The translations under genes were made by a program, and so were the position numbers. Source: Chrysomallon squamiferum (lineage: Eukaryota; Animalia; Mollusca). Taken from it: a stretch of DNA of 64,000 nucleotides. Location of the stretch: NCBI GenBank assembly GCA_012295275.1, contig CM022665.1, positions 41,974,001 through 42,038,000 of the forward strand. Direction: 5' to 3'. The notes beneath the pieces were generated by a model, which worked only from the letters and a program-made list of their open reading frames with translations, did no database searches and had not been told where the DNA came from. Within the stretch, counting starts at the first letter, position 1; each line of letters starts with the position of its first letter. This document shows positions 29,532-45,026 of this stretch, in pieces.

Positions 29532-30490
29532 GCTCTTATAAATACAAGAGAGAGAGAGAGCTAACGCTTTGGTTTTTATTTCCATTAGAGTAAATAAACA
29601 AATCAGTAACTCAGTGAAGTTTGACAACTCGACCGAACGCTAAAACTTGATCTGTGAAACCTGAAGACACGACTGCCACTGAATAAATTGTAATGAGGCA
29701 AAAAAAAAAAAAAAAGAGACTAGAATCGCGTTATGTGATATCTCAGGTTTTCTACAGGGAGAATGAAAAGTCGAGAAGTTCTTTGATTAATTTGAAAATT
29801 TTAAAACATGACAGACGACACGACGCCAGAGACTTCGCGAAATTTTTTTTTTTTTTTTTTCATTTTCTATTGTTTTTTTTTAATGTCTCTTGACATCTCC
29901 TCTCTTTGATGAATTACTGAGAGACGTAATTAAAACTGTTAATATACCCCGATACATATCAATATTCTGTCGTTGTTGTGCTGATGATATTTAATTAAAA
30001 TTTTAAGTGTTTCGACTATGTGTCTGTCTACTTATCCATTCCGTTTGTACATCCATTCAGTGGTTATTATCATTGTATATTGGTTTTCATTACGCATTTT
30101 TGTCAAATAAAATCACCAATTTCAGTGACCAACATATTTTTTTTTTTTTTTTTTTTAAATAAAACTTTATTTACATTTATTAATTTTGTACGCCAAAACA
30201 TCACTTGAGCATCAAATAATTCTGCAAAATCGCAAAAAAAACACAAAAAAAAAACACAAACAAACAAGCAAAAATGATTAATCGTAAATATACGTCTAAT
30301 CAGTATAATTTTCAGTAATCTGTACACATCTTGTCATTTGCTGGATTCCGAGTCAGATGAGTTACAAATTATTTACACGTGTCAGGTTATTAAAATCACT
30401 TTTAATTTGTTTGAAAAAAAAATGATACTTTTCTCATTAAAAACAACATCAGCAGCCAGCGAAAAGACGAGACCAGAAGCTACCGTAGTG

Positions 30491-31009
30491 TGTGAATATG
30501 TTAACAGAGACAGTTAATATGTGAATATGTTAACAGTTAGAGACAGGTAATATGTGAATATGTTAACAGAGACAGTTAATATGTGAATGTGTTAACAGTT
30601 AGAGACAGGTAATATTTGAATGTGTTAATAGAGACAGTTAATATGTAAATGTGTTAGTAGAGACAGTTAATATGTGAATGTGTTAACAGAGACAGTTAAT
30701 ATGTGAATATGTTAACAGTTAGAGACAGTTAATATGTGAATATGTTAATAGTCAGAGAAGTTAATAGTCACAGAAGTTAATATGTGAATGTGTTAATAGA
30801 GACAGTTAATATGTGAACGTGAAATAGAGACAGTTAATATGTGAGTGTTAATAGAGACAGTTAATATGTGAATATGTTAATAGAGAAGTTAATATGTGTT
30901 AATAGAGACAGTTAATATGTGAATGTACTAATAGAGACAGTTAATATGTGAATGTGTTAATAGAGACAGTTAATATGTGAATGTGTTAATAGTCAGAGAC
31001 AGTTAATAT
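30491..31009 (+). repeat. Minisatellite, ~29-bp unit AGAGACAGTTAATATGTGAATGTGTTAAT, roughly 17 copies
   Basis: Directly visible tandem array, with variants carrying a 4-bp AGTT/AGTC insertion or short deletions. Confidence 0.95.
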
Positions 31010-31333
31010 TCAAAGAGAGTATTTATTTTCAAACATAATTATACTACATTAAAAAATAAATTTTAAATAAATTTGTAAAAACAAAACTAAATAAACAATA
31101 ATTTGTCGTAAAGCAAACTAGTGGGCAAAATGGAAGAAAAAACTAAATGTTTTTTTTTTCGATAAAAGCTGCATTCATTTGTAAATTGGAAAACACAAAT
31201 GATAAATTAGATTTTTACCGACAAGAATTATTTTATTTCATTTTAGTTCATTTATTTATTTGTTTGTTTGTTTGTTTTATTATTTATTTATTTATTTGTT
31301 TGTTTGTTTGTTTTATTATTTATTTATTTATTA

Positions 31334-31373
<40 letters not shown>

Positions 31374-31644
31374 TAATTTTTTATTTTCTATTTTATTTTA
31401 TTTTTTTTTTTTTTTTGCTTGTCGATACTAAAAATCAGCATTTCATTTTGACTTGTTTTTTCTATCGTCATACCTCGTATTCAGTCATAACAAGACCTAG
31501 AGAAAGAACTGAAGTTGAAAATCGTATTTAAATACGTAATAACAGTCACCATGGACAGCTAACCACACCGTGAAGTAATGAAACTATTGCGTAGAACGTA
31601 AATAGCTTCCAGTTCCTTTTGACGTGATAATGTGTGTTGATGAA

Positions 31645-31858
31645 GTCATATTTCTTGACGTGGTCGTATTTCTTGATATAGTCGTATTTCTTGGTATAGT
31701 CATATTTCTTGATATAGTCATATTTCTTGATATAGTCATATTTTTTTGACCTGGTCGTATTTCTTGATATAGTCGTATTTCTTGATCTGGTCATATTTCT
31801 TGACGTGGTCATATTTCTTGATATAGTCATATTTCTTGACCTGGTCATATTTTTGACG
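31645..31858 (+). repeat. Minisatellite, 18-bp unit GTCATATTTCTTGATATA (variants GTCGTA, GACGTG, GACCTG), ~12 copies
   Basis: Directly visible; it generates the spurious SRNMTI/KKYDYI repeat ORF at 31546-31869. Confidence 0.95.
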
Positions 31859-33177
31859 TTGATTCCCATGCGTTAGGTACATTCTTAGTCTTCGATTCCA
31901 TGTAACCATATATCGCTAAGGTCCATATTCGAAAATAGAGAAAAAAAGAAAAAAAAAATACCCACTGCATTTGGATTATAAATGGCGAGATCTACAAAAA
32001 TACGTGTCCGACAGTACGACCATTAATTATATTCTGATGCCTTTTCCCTGTCAGACTTTTATCTTTGCCAAGTCAAAGAAGAGTGTAAATATTTTTAGTA
32101 AAACATAATTTTATTATAGACTATTTCGACAATTCAGAGTGACTCTTGGTGAAGTCACTCATTCGGAAATCATCGGATCTCTTCGTTCATGCCCGTACGC
32201 AGGACATTTCTGGTAATGGCGCGGTTGTGTTACTGGTAATTAGGTTGATGTTTCTGGCTTGGTTGCTCTGTGAAATCGTGCACTGATTTAGAAGCGTAGA
32301 GATCAGTCACATTATGTGTGCTGTGTAAATATCCAGGGCAAACTGGTTACTTTCTACAATTTTGCCAATAATATCAATAATTACATATATCTCTATCTTT
32401 CTGTATATCTCTATCTGTCCCATCTATCTGTTTCAGTTAAATCTATCGAACAATCTCTCTCTGTGTCTCTTTATCTCTCTATTTATTTATGTATCCGCCT
32501 ATCTACCTATCTATCTGTACATGCATAGATACATATACACACACACATACAAACATCAATACACACACGCACACACGCACACACACACATGTGTGTATAT
32601 ATAGAAATACATATGTATGTATATGTGTGTATGCATGTGTACATACATATAGACACACAGTGTGTGTATATATATATAATTAGTGCAGTTTTAATACTTA
32701 TAATAATAATAATAATAATAATAACAACACTGATGATGATGATGATGATGATGATGACGAGGATGATGATCATGGCAATGACAGTCTGGTTACTACTAAG
32801 CTCCTCTAAACAACAAAATATTTCTGAAGATAATATTAATTAAAACCGTACATTACAACTGTCTGGAAATGATACCCTGGAGAAAACGTTTAAGACTGGA
32901 AGGTCCTTGGTTCGTGACCCTAAACCGGCTGTGTCTGGAAATAAATGTGTCTGACTGTGTGGGTGTAAAATACAAAACATGTTTCCCCCAAGCGTAATCC
33001 CCCCTGGGTACACACGAACTTCAGCTGTGTGTAAACCTCAGCAAATCTTTACTTGTATTAAGGATGTAGAAACACACACAAACACCCACACAGACATCGA
33101 TTATGTATTTGTACACATATACATACATTTGGATCATACACAGAAATAAAATACATATACTTATATATCTTTTAAAC

Positions 33178-33234
<57 letters not shown>

Positions 33235-34300
33235 TACATACATTCATATATATATATATATATTAGTGTGTTTATGTGAGTGTGTGTGTGTGTATGTGGG
33301 AGTACGTAGGTACCAATACACATACACAATACATCACGTACACCACACACACACATACAAACCCACACAACTATATAAACAAACACTAATATATAAATAC
33401 ATAAACACACATATATTAAAACTCACACGCACACACACACACACACACATACACGCACACATATTCCTCCTGATAATATCTGAAGTATAAATCACTTCTA
33501 CTAAAAGAAAAAAACAAAACAAAAAAAAAAAAAAACCCACTAAAAACCCCCACAAAAAAACCAACAAAACAAAACAAGACAAATATAACTGACCGTTAAG
33601 AAGAGGATTTAAAACAAAATAAAAACAAAAATAAACAGCAGAAAATAGCTTGTCTCGTCTCGACGTCATTAATGGCCGATTAAACGACGTAGTATCCTCT
33701 CTGCTACAACGACTACTTCACAGACACGCAGTTACACAGGTGATTCTGGCGAGAATTCAAATTAGTGGTAAACTCAGCGACTATTAATGTTTACTGCGTT
33801 GGTTGTATCATTAGTCGAAAAAATAATAATAATAAAACAAACATATATATATATATATATATAAATTTATGTATATATAAATAAATAAAAAAACTCGAAC
33901 AAAACAAAATAATATTATTTTCAAAGATGTATCAGATAAGAAGTGGATGAAGAAAAAAGAAAAAAAAAAAAAAGGGAGAGATTTGTTTTTGTTTTCTACA
34001 ATTTGCTCACAGCCAAAATACACCTGTTTGTTTATTTGTCTTTATATCGTTTCAGTTTGACTAAACAGTTTATCAATTTGTCCACCAAATGAAGAAAGTG
34101 ACATACAGACAGTGCCGTCATACAGACAGAGAGACAGACAGACAGACAGACAGACTAACGCAGATAGGTAGTGATTTATACATGTGTCCATATTAGTCTT
34201 ACTGTCTGTCTGTATACACATCCATGTATATATACACGTATGTGCGTGCATGCGTGCGTAAATAAACAGAAACAGTCCCATAATCTGTTTATTCATCTTT

Positions 34301-34354
34301 ATTTATTTATTTATTTATTTATATATTTATTTATTTATTTATTTACTTATTTAC

Positions 34355-34401
<47 letters not shown>

Positions 34402-34483
34402 CTTATTTACTTATTTATTTATTTATTTATTTATTTACTTACTTATTTATTTATTTATTTACTTATTTATTTATTTACTTATT
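34301..34483 (+). repeat. (ATTT)n/(ACTT) tetranucleotide microsatellite
   Basis: Directly visible. Confidence 0.95.
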
Positions 34484-34884
34484 TATCTTTTCTTCTTTTT
34501 TTTTTCTTATTTATTTATTAAGAATCCCTAGATGCCATTTAGTACTAATGGTCGTTGTGTTTAGTTCACTGGTTAATAAATAAAATGTTAAAATGACTTG
34601 GAATTACTGGCAGGAACTTGCAGAGTATTCGATTTCCCGTCGCTTTAAATTCATCCTGATTGTCAGTTGGGACTTATTTGAAAAGCGGATCAGTTTCGTT
34701 ACGGGATTAACTCTGCTAAACATACATTTTGAATTGTAATTGCTGGCCTCAGTGAACTTGCGTTTTTTTTTTTTTTTTTTTTTTTTTAATTCTGTGTATT
34801 TAGTTTTTCTCATCAGGTTTTAATCTCTTTAAGTTATATTTTAAGTTATTTTATGAAATCTGTTCAGTTTATTTTATTTTGATC

Positions 34885-34923
<39 letters not shown>

Positions 34924-35320
34924 CCGTCTTTTTTCCATCTGCATGTGTGTGTGTGTGGGTGTTTGTACATATATATATATATATACACCTACTTATATAC
35001 TTACGTAGGTATGTAGTTTTGTACGTATGTATGTATGTATATATATGTATATGTGTTTGTACGCATCTTATAAAACATTATTCTACTCGAATATAATTAT
35101 TCTCATCTTTATCTACACATTAACCCAGACTGTGGACGACACTCAGCAACAACAACAACGACAACAAAAAATGTGTCGCTGCCGTTGTTAGTAATGACCC
35201 AGCATCTGGAAACGCAGACACGTCGTGGCAGCAGTTCGAGCTTGTCAAGTCGCTACAATTGGCTCTTTCTGCCTCTCAGTCGTTGGCCATAATAAAAGCA
35301 TCAGCGAGATTTCCTCTTAA

Positions 35321-35328
35321 TGACGTCA
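35321..35328. promoter_or_regulatory. Full CRE palindrome TGACGTCA
   Basis: Exact consensus inside a CpG-rich block (~35170-35520). Confidence 0.3.
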
Positions 35329-35600
35329 CAGAGCAAGAAATAATCCACGTAAAGCACGCAGACGACATCAACAGTCTGTCTCGCTGAAGGTTAAAAAGAG
35401 CCCGGATGAATCAGATGTTGATGACAACGACAGCTGCGTCGTTGTTGTCGGTTAGATGTGGAGTGAAAGATAATTGTAAATAAGACGTTTGTTTTGTTTT
35501 ACGTCATCGGAAGGACAGACTGAGATTTGTTCTGTCCTTCATATTTGTCCTGTGTTTAACGAAACAACCACAGCATGTTGATTATATTGTAATGTACGTC

Positions 35601-35689
<89 letters not shown>

Positions 35690-35800
35690 GGGTGTGCATA
35701 CGTGTGTATGTGAGTGTATTATATCAAAAGCCCCATTTTTTGTTTTACATGACTACTATGAGGAAAATTGAACTATAATTTTTTCATCTAAGATTTTATA

Positions 35801-35960
<160 letters not shown>

Positions 35961-36527
35961 TACATAGATAGATATAGATACAGATACAGATAACAAATAA
36001 ATAAATAAATCTAGCCTCTGACATAAAACACACCAACAACTAAAGTCATTTAATGTCATTAACTCAGTCTACACTGCGATCAGTATTATTTTACTGAACA
36101 CACACACGGAGACGTCACAAAAACCAATAACCAGTAAAACAGATCCCAAAGTGAATTTCAGAAACACAATACGTTAAAAATCGGGATTATATATATATAG
36201 AGAGAGAGAGTCCATCACAGAGGAAACATAAAACGTAGATTACTGGCTTATATCACTTACCATTAAACAAATGATGTTAAAAAAAAAAAAAAGAGAACGA
36301 GTACGTGCTGTATTGCAGATGTCGTATATCACTGTTATCTATATGCTAAAATAGAAACGTATATAGTATATAACAGATGGGACACACACATTGTTATTCT
36401 GTGCGTCACGTGTGTTGTCATGTGTTACGTACTGAACTCAGTGTAAATGAAAACAGTGGAGGGATGGGTTTTTCTTGCACGCTGCAGAATGAATAATGTC
36501 TACTACTACTACTACTATTACTACTAA

Positions 36528-36566
<39 letters not shown>

Positions 36567-37681
36567 GCTACTACTATTGCTGCTGCTGCTGCTGCTACTG
36601 CTGCTACTACTACTATTACTACTACTGTACAACTACTGCTGCTGCTGATTTCTATTACGTGTACTACTGCACTACTACTACTACAGCTAATATGTTATTA
36701 CCGTCGTCATCATTATCATCATTGTTATTCCTGTAAGCAGAAGCGGTGTCTTATTCTGGAATATTATTCCTACTCCTTTTTTTTACGCTACTTTTAAACT
36801 CCTCATCTACTGAAATACTCGATACGACCGTGTGTAAAGTTATTAATATTTCAGTCTATTTACGTCTTTGTCAAAGCCAGGATGCCAGGCTACAAAAACA
36901 TCAGAGCGATAACAACAACAAAAAATTGAAAAATATATATTTAATTCTTCAAAACAAAATCGTGTTCTTGTAAAAATGTTATGGCACAATTACTTTATAT
37001 TAAACAAAGATCGAAAAAAAAAAAAAAAATTTTAATTTTAAAAAATAGTTATAAATAAAGTAGAGGACAAAATGAAAGGTTCAGGATTTTTTAATTATTA
37101 TTTTTTTAACTTAACGATTTTGAAAGTGACTTTGTGATGTTTTTATTACTGGCTTGGAATAAGGTCACGTTTTTTTTTTTTGAGTATCTCACTATTTCTT
37201 ACAAAATCATACGACTAACATTAATAACAGTTAGTGGGCTGATTGTAATTCACTGTTAGAACTATCTTCCTGATTCCAGTGCCTCATAATAGCCTATGAA
37301 AGGCTGTGATATGTCTTCATTTTTTTTTTTTTTTTTTTTCCCTGTTAATGAGGAGGTCTACATAAAAGATCTTTTTACTGCTGATGAAATATGAAGGTGA
37401 AATGCTTTGATGACTTATATGATGCCTGAAATACCTGATGATTTTTTTAAATTTTTTTTTAAAAATTAATGTCTTATATGCTGAAGTATTTTTATGTATA
37501 GTTATAAAACTGCCTTGGGGGTTTTAAACTGAACACTGTACGTTTGAACCATAACATCGAGTTGTTTTGTGCAATAATAAAATATTCAGTTAATTTCCAG
37601 TTCTGGTGGATGTTTACTGTCTACCAGTTTGGCCATGTGCCTAATACCTACATCAGTTTATACTAGATTTTGTTGTGTTTC

Positions 37682-37718
<37 letters not shown>

Positions 37719-37976
37719 TCATTTATTTTTATTTTTGTTGTTGTTGTTAGCGATTTAGTTTCGTTTTCGAGCAGATTTCATTGTGATGTTTGTTGTTTGT
37801 TTACGATATTTATCTTTTTCTGTCGTGTTATTTCACAAAACTGTTTTAAATACATAAAAGTTTGTAGTATTTTATCACAGAATGTACACACATGGTATTA
37901 TGATGCAGAATACGTTAAGACATAAAGTAATTTATGTGTGCATGTGATAATGACGTAATAACTTATCTAGTTATCT

Positions 37977-38041
37977 CTCTATCGGGGATTCGATCCCAAA
38001 ACATAGCAGCTTTAAATCACAGGCTTAACCACATTATTACC
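37977..38041 (-). mobile_element. Putative tRNA-derived SINE head fragment, copy A
   Basis: Minus strand reads ...ATGTGGTTAAG...CTGCTATGTTTTGGGATCGAATCCCC, with a B-box-like GGATCGAATCC and a D-loop-like TGGTTAAG. A related copy lies at 39323-39391. Confidence 0.5.
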
Positions 38042-38141
38042 AAGAACTCTAAACAATGTTAAACGACCCGAGAGCAACAAAAAAAAAATGTCTACGGTAC
38101 GGACTTCTAACTACCATTACTAAAATGTACGACAGCAAAGG

Positions 38142-38279
<138 letters not shown>

Positions 38280-38546
38280 CCCTCTCTCTATCGCTCTCTC
38301 TCTCTCTGACAAGGAAATTGGGTTCCAACTGATTAAAGCAAAACGTTTTTCGATCGCTCAATAATTACAGCGAAGAAGAAAAAGAAAAAAAAAAGGACAC
38401 AGCTACGATCGCATAGCATCTCCATGATAGATTTATTACTTGTGACTTTCAGCAACGTTGTTGAAGAATTTTGTGAAACTCATTTTAAAAAGCCACCGAA
38501 AGATTTCTTTCTATTTCACAGTCACATCATTTTAATATATTGTTTA

Positions 38547-38887
<341 letters not shown>

Positions 38888-39322
38888 TCTGGCTCTATCT
38901 GGTTTACATGGACGTTGTTTTATTGATTTGCATACAGCTAGTATTGTTGTAAATTGACAATTAATGGACACGCAAGCTGCGGCACATTTATTTAAATTTA
39001 TTCCTTGTTTATTTATTTTAATGAACTAATAAATTTTGTAGTAGATTGTTTGTTGTTGTTGCAGTGGCTGCTGTTGTTGTTGTCCTTATTTGTCGATTGC
39101 ATAATAAATTCGTTGTTTGTTGGAATGCTGGAATGTTGTTTAAAGATTATCACGATCCTAGCATGCTCGTCATGGGCATGTTATTACAGCGTCATGTGTG
39201 TATTGGTATTGATGAGTAATAACTGAATAGCAGAGTAAGTGCCCAAAGGTTCGCGATCGTGTTAGAATCCAGCTAAAGGAATGGAGACATCTGTTAGACG
39301 TGACATCATAATGATTACTCAC

Positions 39323-39391
39323 CTCTATGGGCATCGATCCCAGACCCTAGCAGTCCAAAAAAACCCACAAACAACAATGACTTAACCACAT
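39323..39391 (-). mobile_element. Putative tRNA-derived SINE head fragment, copy B
   Basis: Shares ctctat..ggg..atcgatccca..a..tagcag and cttaaccacat with 37977-38041 in the same orientation, with a short A/C-rich insertion between the two blocks. Confidence 0.45.
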
Positions 39392-39965
39392 AAAAAAAAA
39401 AAAAAATTGATACAATATCTTCACTTGACGCAAAGATGGCGGTACAGTGATCAGATCCCGAAACCTACGATTCTTTGACGGATTTTTTTTTTGTTTTTTT
39501 TTTTTTTTACCCTGCCCTGAGGCTCTGCTTGGCTGAATTTGAGAATATTTCCTTTAATCCTGAGTAGAAAGCAATCGAAAACAAAGTGACGGTAATTGAC
39601 TCGATTACTAATACATATGCCCTACCCATTACATGTAATTTGTTTTGCTGTTGCTTGGCAGATCTATTTAACGTTCCTGACAAAAGCACTTTAACACTGT
39701 GGTTTAGAGCACCAGGACCCGCATTCAGGCCGAGTAATTACTTATTAATCTGTGTTGAAAATTAATAGTTTCTACTTTACTGCTGTTTTTATGCGTTCTC
39801 TCAGTGCTGTGCTGGACGTTGCCTTTCTGAATTGCGGCGAAATTGTCAATCCTTTTTGTCTGATTATGTCGTTGTGAGAATTTATGTGTTTGTCATTAGG
39901 AGTGTTTGTGTGTGTGTGTGTATGTGTGTGTGTGTGTGTGTGTGTGATTTGTTGTTGTTCTTGTC

Positions 39966-40038
<73 letters not shown>

Positions 40039-40907
40039 GCTCTCTCTCTGTGTCTGCATAAAATATTTGTTCAAGTTTGTACAATTCCATGTTTGATGGC
40101 GTTAACAACAAAATAATAGCTACAGATTTTAAATACGATTTCAACTTCAATCCATCTGAACAGTTTGCTTCGATGACCGAGTATCCGCAAATAAGGCTGT
40201 GAATATGCATCGTACGAGTCACAGTCGTAGTATTTGTGAAATACAAATGTTTGTCTGTTAGTACTTTAGTACCTCTTTTTTTTTCTTTCTGACAGACACA
40301 CACACACAAATGACATAAGTGTATGTGTTTTATCGAGCTACAGACGTCGTAAACTCGTCAAGTGATTTCTGAAAAAATTAATAGCTTCCCGAAACCTAAT
40401 TAATAAGCTAGAGAGAGGATAATAAGAAAATTATAACGATTCCTTTACAATTACTGTACAGCATAACAAGTTTGTCCTTGGTTCAATTGACGCGTTTTGG
40501 GTCTTATCATTATCGACTGTCGCCAGAGGAATATTCCACTAAGCCCACTGATAAATACTTTTTCAACTAAAACCAGTGTATTTTGTAATTTCGTTTAAAA
40601 GGTATGTCCTAAAACCGTGTTAGATAATTATTATTTCTCGTGTTTTGATGAGTGATGTTAAGATACATACACTCACATACGTGCACAAAAGCATATATAA
40701 TATATACACACACACACACACATAAATACATAAGTACATGTATACTCTCACACACACACACACACACACATACATATGATGGTTCTACACACACACACAC
40801 GCACACAAAACAATAATAATAATAAAAATTTAAATTTAAAAAATACGTCGTGTTATTAATTACCAGAAACAGGATTAATATACAGGAAAACAAATATAAC
40901 AAAAAAT

Positions 40908-40973
<66 letters not shown>

Positions 40974-41661
40974 ATAATTAAATTCTATTTATAACTTAGA
41001 GCAAAATATCATCTCATGCATCGCGTATATTATGTCAAAATTTTGTCTGGAATTTTTTTTTTTTTACGTCATCTCGTCACTGTCGACTATAACGAGTTTT
41101 GTCACCAGAAGATACATGCAGTCCCGAGCCGCATTATCTGTTGTCCCGAGCATGTGATTCTATTGGGAATCGTCTGTTGCCACTAAATTCACAATTAACA
41201 TGGCTTCCAGAATTTACGCTACGTTTAACAACAGTTTTATAAATCTGGAGGCAAATTCCCGCCATGGCGTTTAATGATATCGTCTGCGTGACACATCCGA
41301 GAAAAACCGTCGACGCACTACTGGATTATTTGGACCCACGTGACTTGAATTGCTTGCGAAGGATGTGACGTATGAATGGATCGTTTCGACTCGAAGTCGT
41401 CAAGATTACCAGTCGCGCGGTACGGATCATGGAGGATCAAAAGGGATGAAATGTTTTCTTGTAATCAATCATTTGGTGATGACGAAACATGGAAATACAC
41501 ATGCATTTCCTTAAAACCATGATTTAAAAAAAACCAGAAGACATTTCAGAGTTTACTCCGAAATGGAGTAGAATTAAGACTAGTATTTCACAAATGATAA
41601 TAACTAGAAAATTGTTATAGTCGTATTTACAGTAAGAATCTTTCAACAGGAATAAAAAATG

Positions 41662-41774
<113 letters not shown>

Positions 41775-42128
41775 TTTCAGTAATACGTTTCCACCCATAA
41801 CACGAACGTGATGACAGCTGTATGTAACTCGTTTTGTGATGACATTTGAATTAGCTTCGGATATATCGGCAAATCGTCAGCTGGTGCATCCTATGTGTTC
41901 AGCTGAAAACCATGTTACATTTTGTCTCAGCCACGTTAATTATCAGCGTGTTCTGACTGTAATCAGAATAGAGGATTTTATTACAACAGAACACATTGAT
42001 TTTGTGCTTGCATTTCTTTTTTTTTTGATATTTTCTTGTTGTTATTGTGGGTTTCGTTGTTTTTGTTTTTGGGGGTGGAGTTTATGGGAGCGGTTGAGAC
42101 TATTGGTTTCTTTGTTGTTTGTTTATTG

Positions 42129-42164
<36 letters not shown>

Positions 42165-42390
42165 TACAGTATGTTATTTATTCATTTAGTTAGTTAATTA
42201 CTTGTAGCAGTGGTTGTTGCTGGGTTTTTTTTTTCTTTTTCTTATTTATTTATTTGTTGTTGTTGTTGTTTTTTGTCTCATTCCTTCAACTATTGACAAA
42301 TTGCCAGTTGCAGCCATTTATATGTTTGTTTTATTTTATATTAGTGCATGTACGTCATTGTTATTTTCAAATACATGAACTTCTCTTTAA

Positions 42391-42483
<93 letters not shown>

Positions 42484-43439
42484 TCCCTCTCCCTCTCCCT
42501 CTCCCTCCCTATTTATCTGTCTGTTTGTCTGTTTATCTATCTATCTCAGTATCTCTACATATCTGTCATCGTTAATAATTCTCTTACTCTCCCGTCTCTA
42601 CACGAACACGAATAAATAAATAAATAAATAAATGAAAATAAAAATGAATCATCCTACCGCGTTTATCATACGGTGCACTGTTTATCCTCACGAAGCATGC
42701 CAATGGATTATAAAGAAAATTTAACGTAATTATCCCTGCTGTCAGTATTTTACAACTAAGCTGTTTCTGTCACGCAGAACTTGTCTGTAATAAGGGATAA
42801 CATATAATTAGTGATTTGCAACACCGTTTATAATCTTTCCGACTGTCAGCCTGCATGTTTGTGCGCGCAAACCATAATTTTAAAAGGACGTTAGACGTTC
42901 GAGTGCACCTTATGCTAATACTGACGTTGTATAGCTTTAATAAGGTTAACAATGATTTCAGTTTGTTTCTGGTTCGGTAAATCGGTGATGAAAACGTTAC
43001 AAAGTCCGTACGTTGTTTCGGAATGAGGATAATTTTTTTTTTTTTTTTTTTTTTTTTTCATTCATTTCTCTATAACGCGAAAAGTCAAGTATTGTAAAAA
43101 AAAAAAAAAAAAAATGGAAGTTATACTTTATTGTTAGCAAAGATTGGCGTCAGTTTTAAAAGCCGATAACATGGAAATGCCAAAAAAAAAAAAATTAAAA
43201 AAATGTAACTGATTATAATGTGTGTTTGTAGCACCAGTATTATTATATAATCTGATTATTAGTATTTTCCAAAAAAAGCTATTTTGGTTATCAGCAAGAT
43301 ATTGATTACGTACAAAAACAAACAAACAGAACAAATGTAATGCACTTGTCAAAGTTGATTAAGATTACAGATAACGTAATCTTTAATCTATCCGTCAAAC
43401 TACTTATCTGTTTCTCTGTGTGGACGTTATAAATACATC

Positions 43440-43718
<279 letters not shown>

Positions 43719-44403
43719 CTAACAATTCATAATCCTATCATTCATTCCTTTTCTCTCTCGCTCGTTTGATCCCCAGTTGATGATTGATGAAAAACCGTCA
43801 TGGAGGACTCTGCCTGGTTTACTTAACCCTCGAATCAAACGACAATTATTACTTCTACCACGCTTCATATATCGACGTTTTTCCAAGCTGCACGACATTC
43901 GGGCGCCATAATGTGCCAGAACAATCTTTGGCTTGTTATTGCTGCTACCAATAAACAATCTGACCATTATTAATACAATAATATTTTTATTGTTGTTGCT
44001 TTTCTTCTTTCTTTTTTTTTTATCTCTCATACGAGTTCCGGTATTTACGCGACTGCATATTGTGTATCTACAATGACTCGATTCTTTAGTGTGTTTTCTG
44101 TTTACCGACACCTTTTAATTCGCTTCCTGGAAACGAGTAAACAGGAAACCTCAGTAAAGCGACCACTCCTTAATAACAATTTTTTTTTCTTCTTCTTCTT
44201 GATTCTTCTTCTTCTTCCCCAGTTTTTAACGTATTTTGGAAGACTTGTAGTATGTTTCTTTTCTTTTATAAATCATTGCGTAGTTTTATTTAGCATATAT
44301 TTTCTTGAACGGGGAAAACTACGAGTGTGGTAGGGATATGCTGAAATCCCATCCTTGAAACATTTTCTGGACACGCTTCAGATTAAGAACGTAATGCACG
44401 TGC

Positions 44404-44421
44404 GTACGCGCATGCGCGTAC
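44404..44421. promoter_or_regulatory. 18-bp perfect palindrome containing an NRF1/Erect-wing-type core (GCGCATGCGC)
   Basis: GTACGCGCATGCGCGTAC is its own reverse complement. It sits in an uninterrupted alternating purine-pyrimidine run at 44394-44422. Confidence 0.5.
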
Positions 44422-44989
44422 AGAGACATTCGTGGGATCAGTAAGCAGCATGGTGTATTTTCAGTCCAGGGAATAAAAACTATTCTTAAACAAACGATTA
44501 CAGGCTTGAGGTTTTTACACCGGTCCTCCATTCAACCTTAACGCAGCTTTGATGTCTCCATTCAGTTCAAGTTTTATTTTTCTCTGACTCTCATTTCGAT
44601 TGCTTTCTGTAAGCGGAAATTACTGGCCTTTCTGGCTGGGTTCTTTTGGCTTATTACTTCATCGTTGACCAAAATAGGTTTTGTCTCTCTCTCTCTCTCT
44701 CTCTCTCTGTGTCGTGACTAGGTCTAGAAATGTGTTAATGTTGCTACTCACGTGTTGAGAGATTGTCAAGAGTTTTCCCCACGAGTGAGTTAGTGTGTTA
44801 TAATGTGGACGTAAACGGCCAGAGTTGTGTTGTTTTGCTCTTTTTTGAGAAAGGTCGGACAGAAGAACGTGTTACTTGGTTGGTATCTTTCTACACAGTT
44901 TTAAAAAAGTGAAGACTTAAAACAAAATTGTGTGTGCAATCAGGACTGTTTGAAATTTGTGGTGGTACAGTTCAGTTTGAAAGTATAAT

Positions 44990-45026
<37 letters not shown>

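Noticed and set aside
30491-31009. Repeat array considered as a CRISPR array
   Set aside because: The units abut with no unique spacers, there are no cas genes, and the context is eukaryotic; it is an ordinary minisatellite.
31546-31869. Repeat-protein-like ORF (SRNMTI / KKYDYI)
   Set aside because: It derives from the 18-bp minisatellite, and the repeat frame switches mid-ORF after an indel, arguing against coding constraint.
32890-32925. Isolated B-box-like AAGGTCCTTGGTTCGTGACCC
   Set aside because: No convincing A box or cloverleaf and no second copy seen; too short to call.
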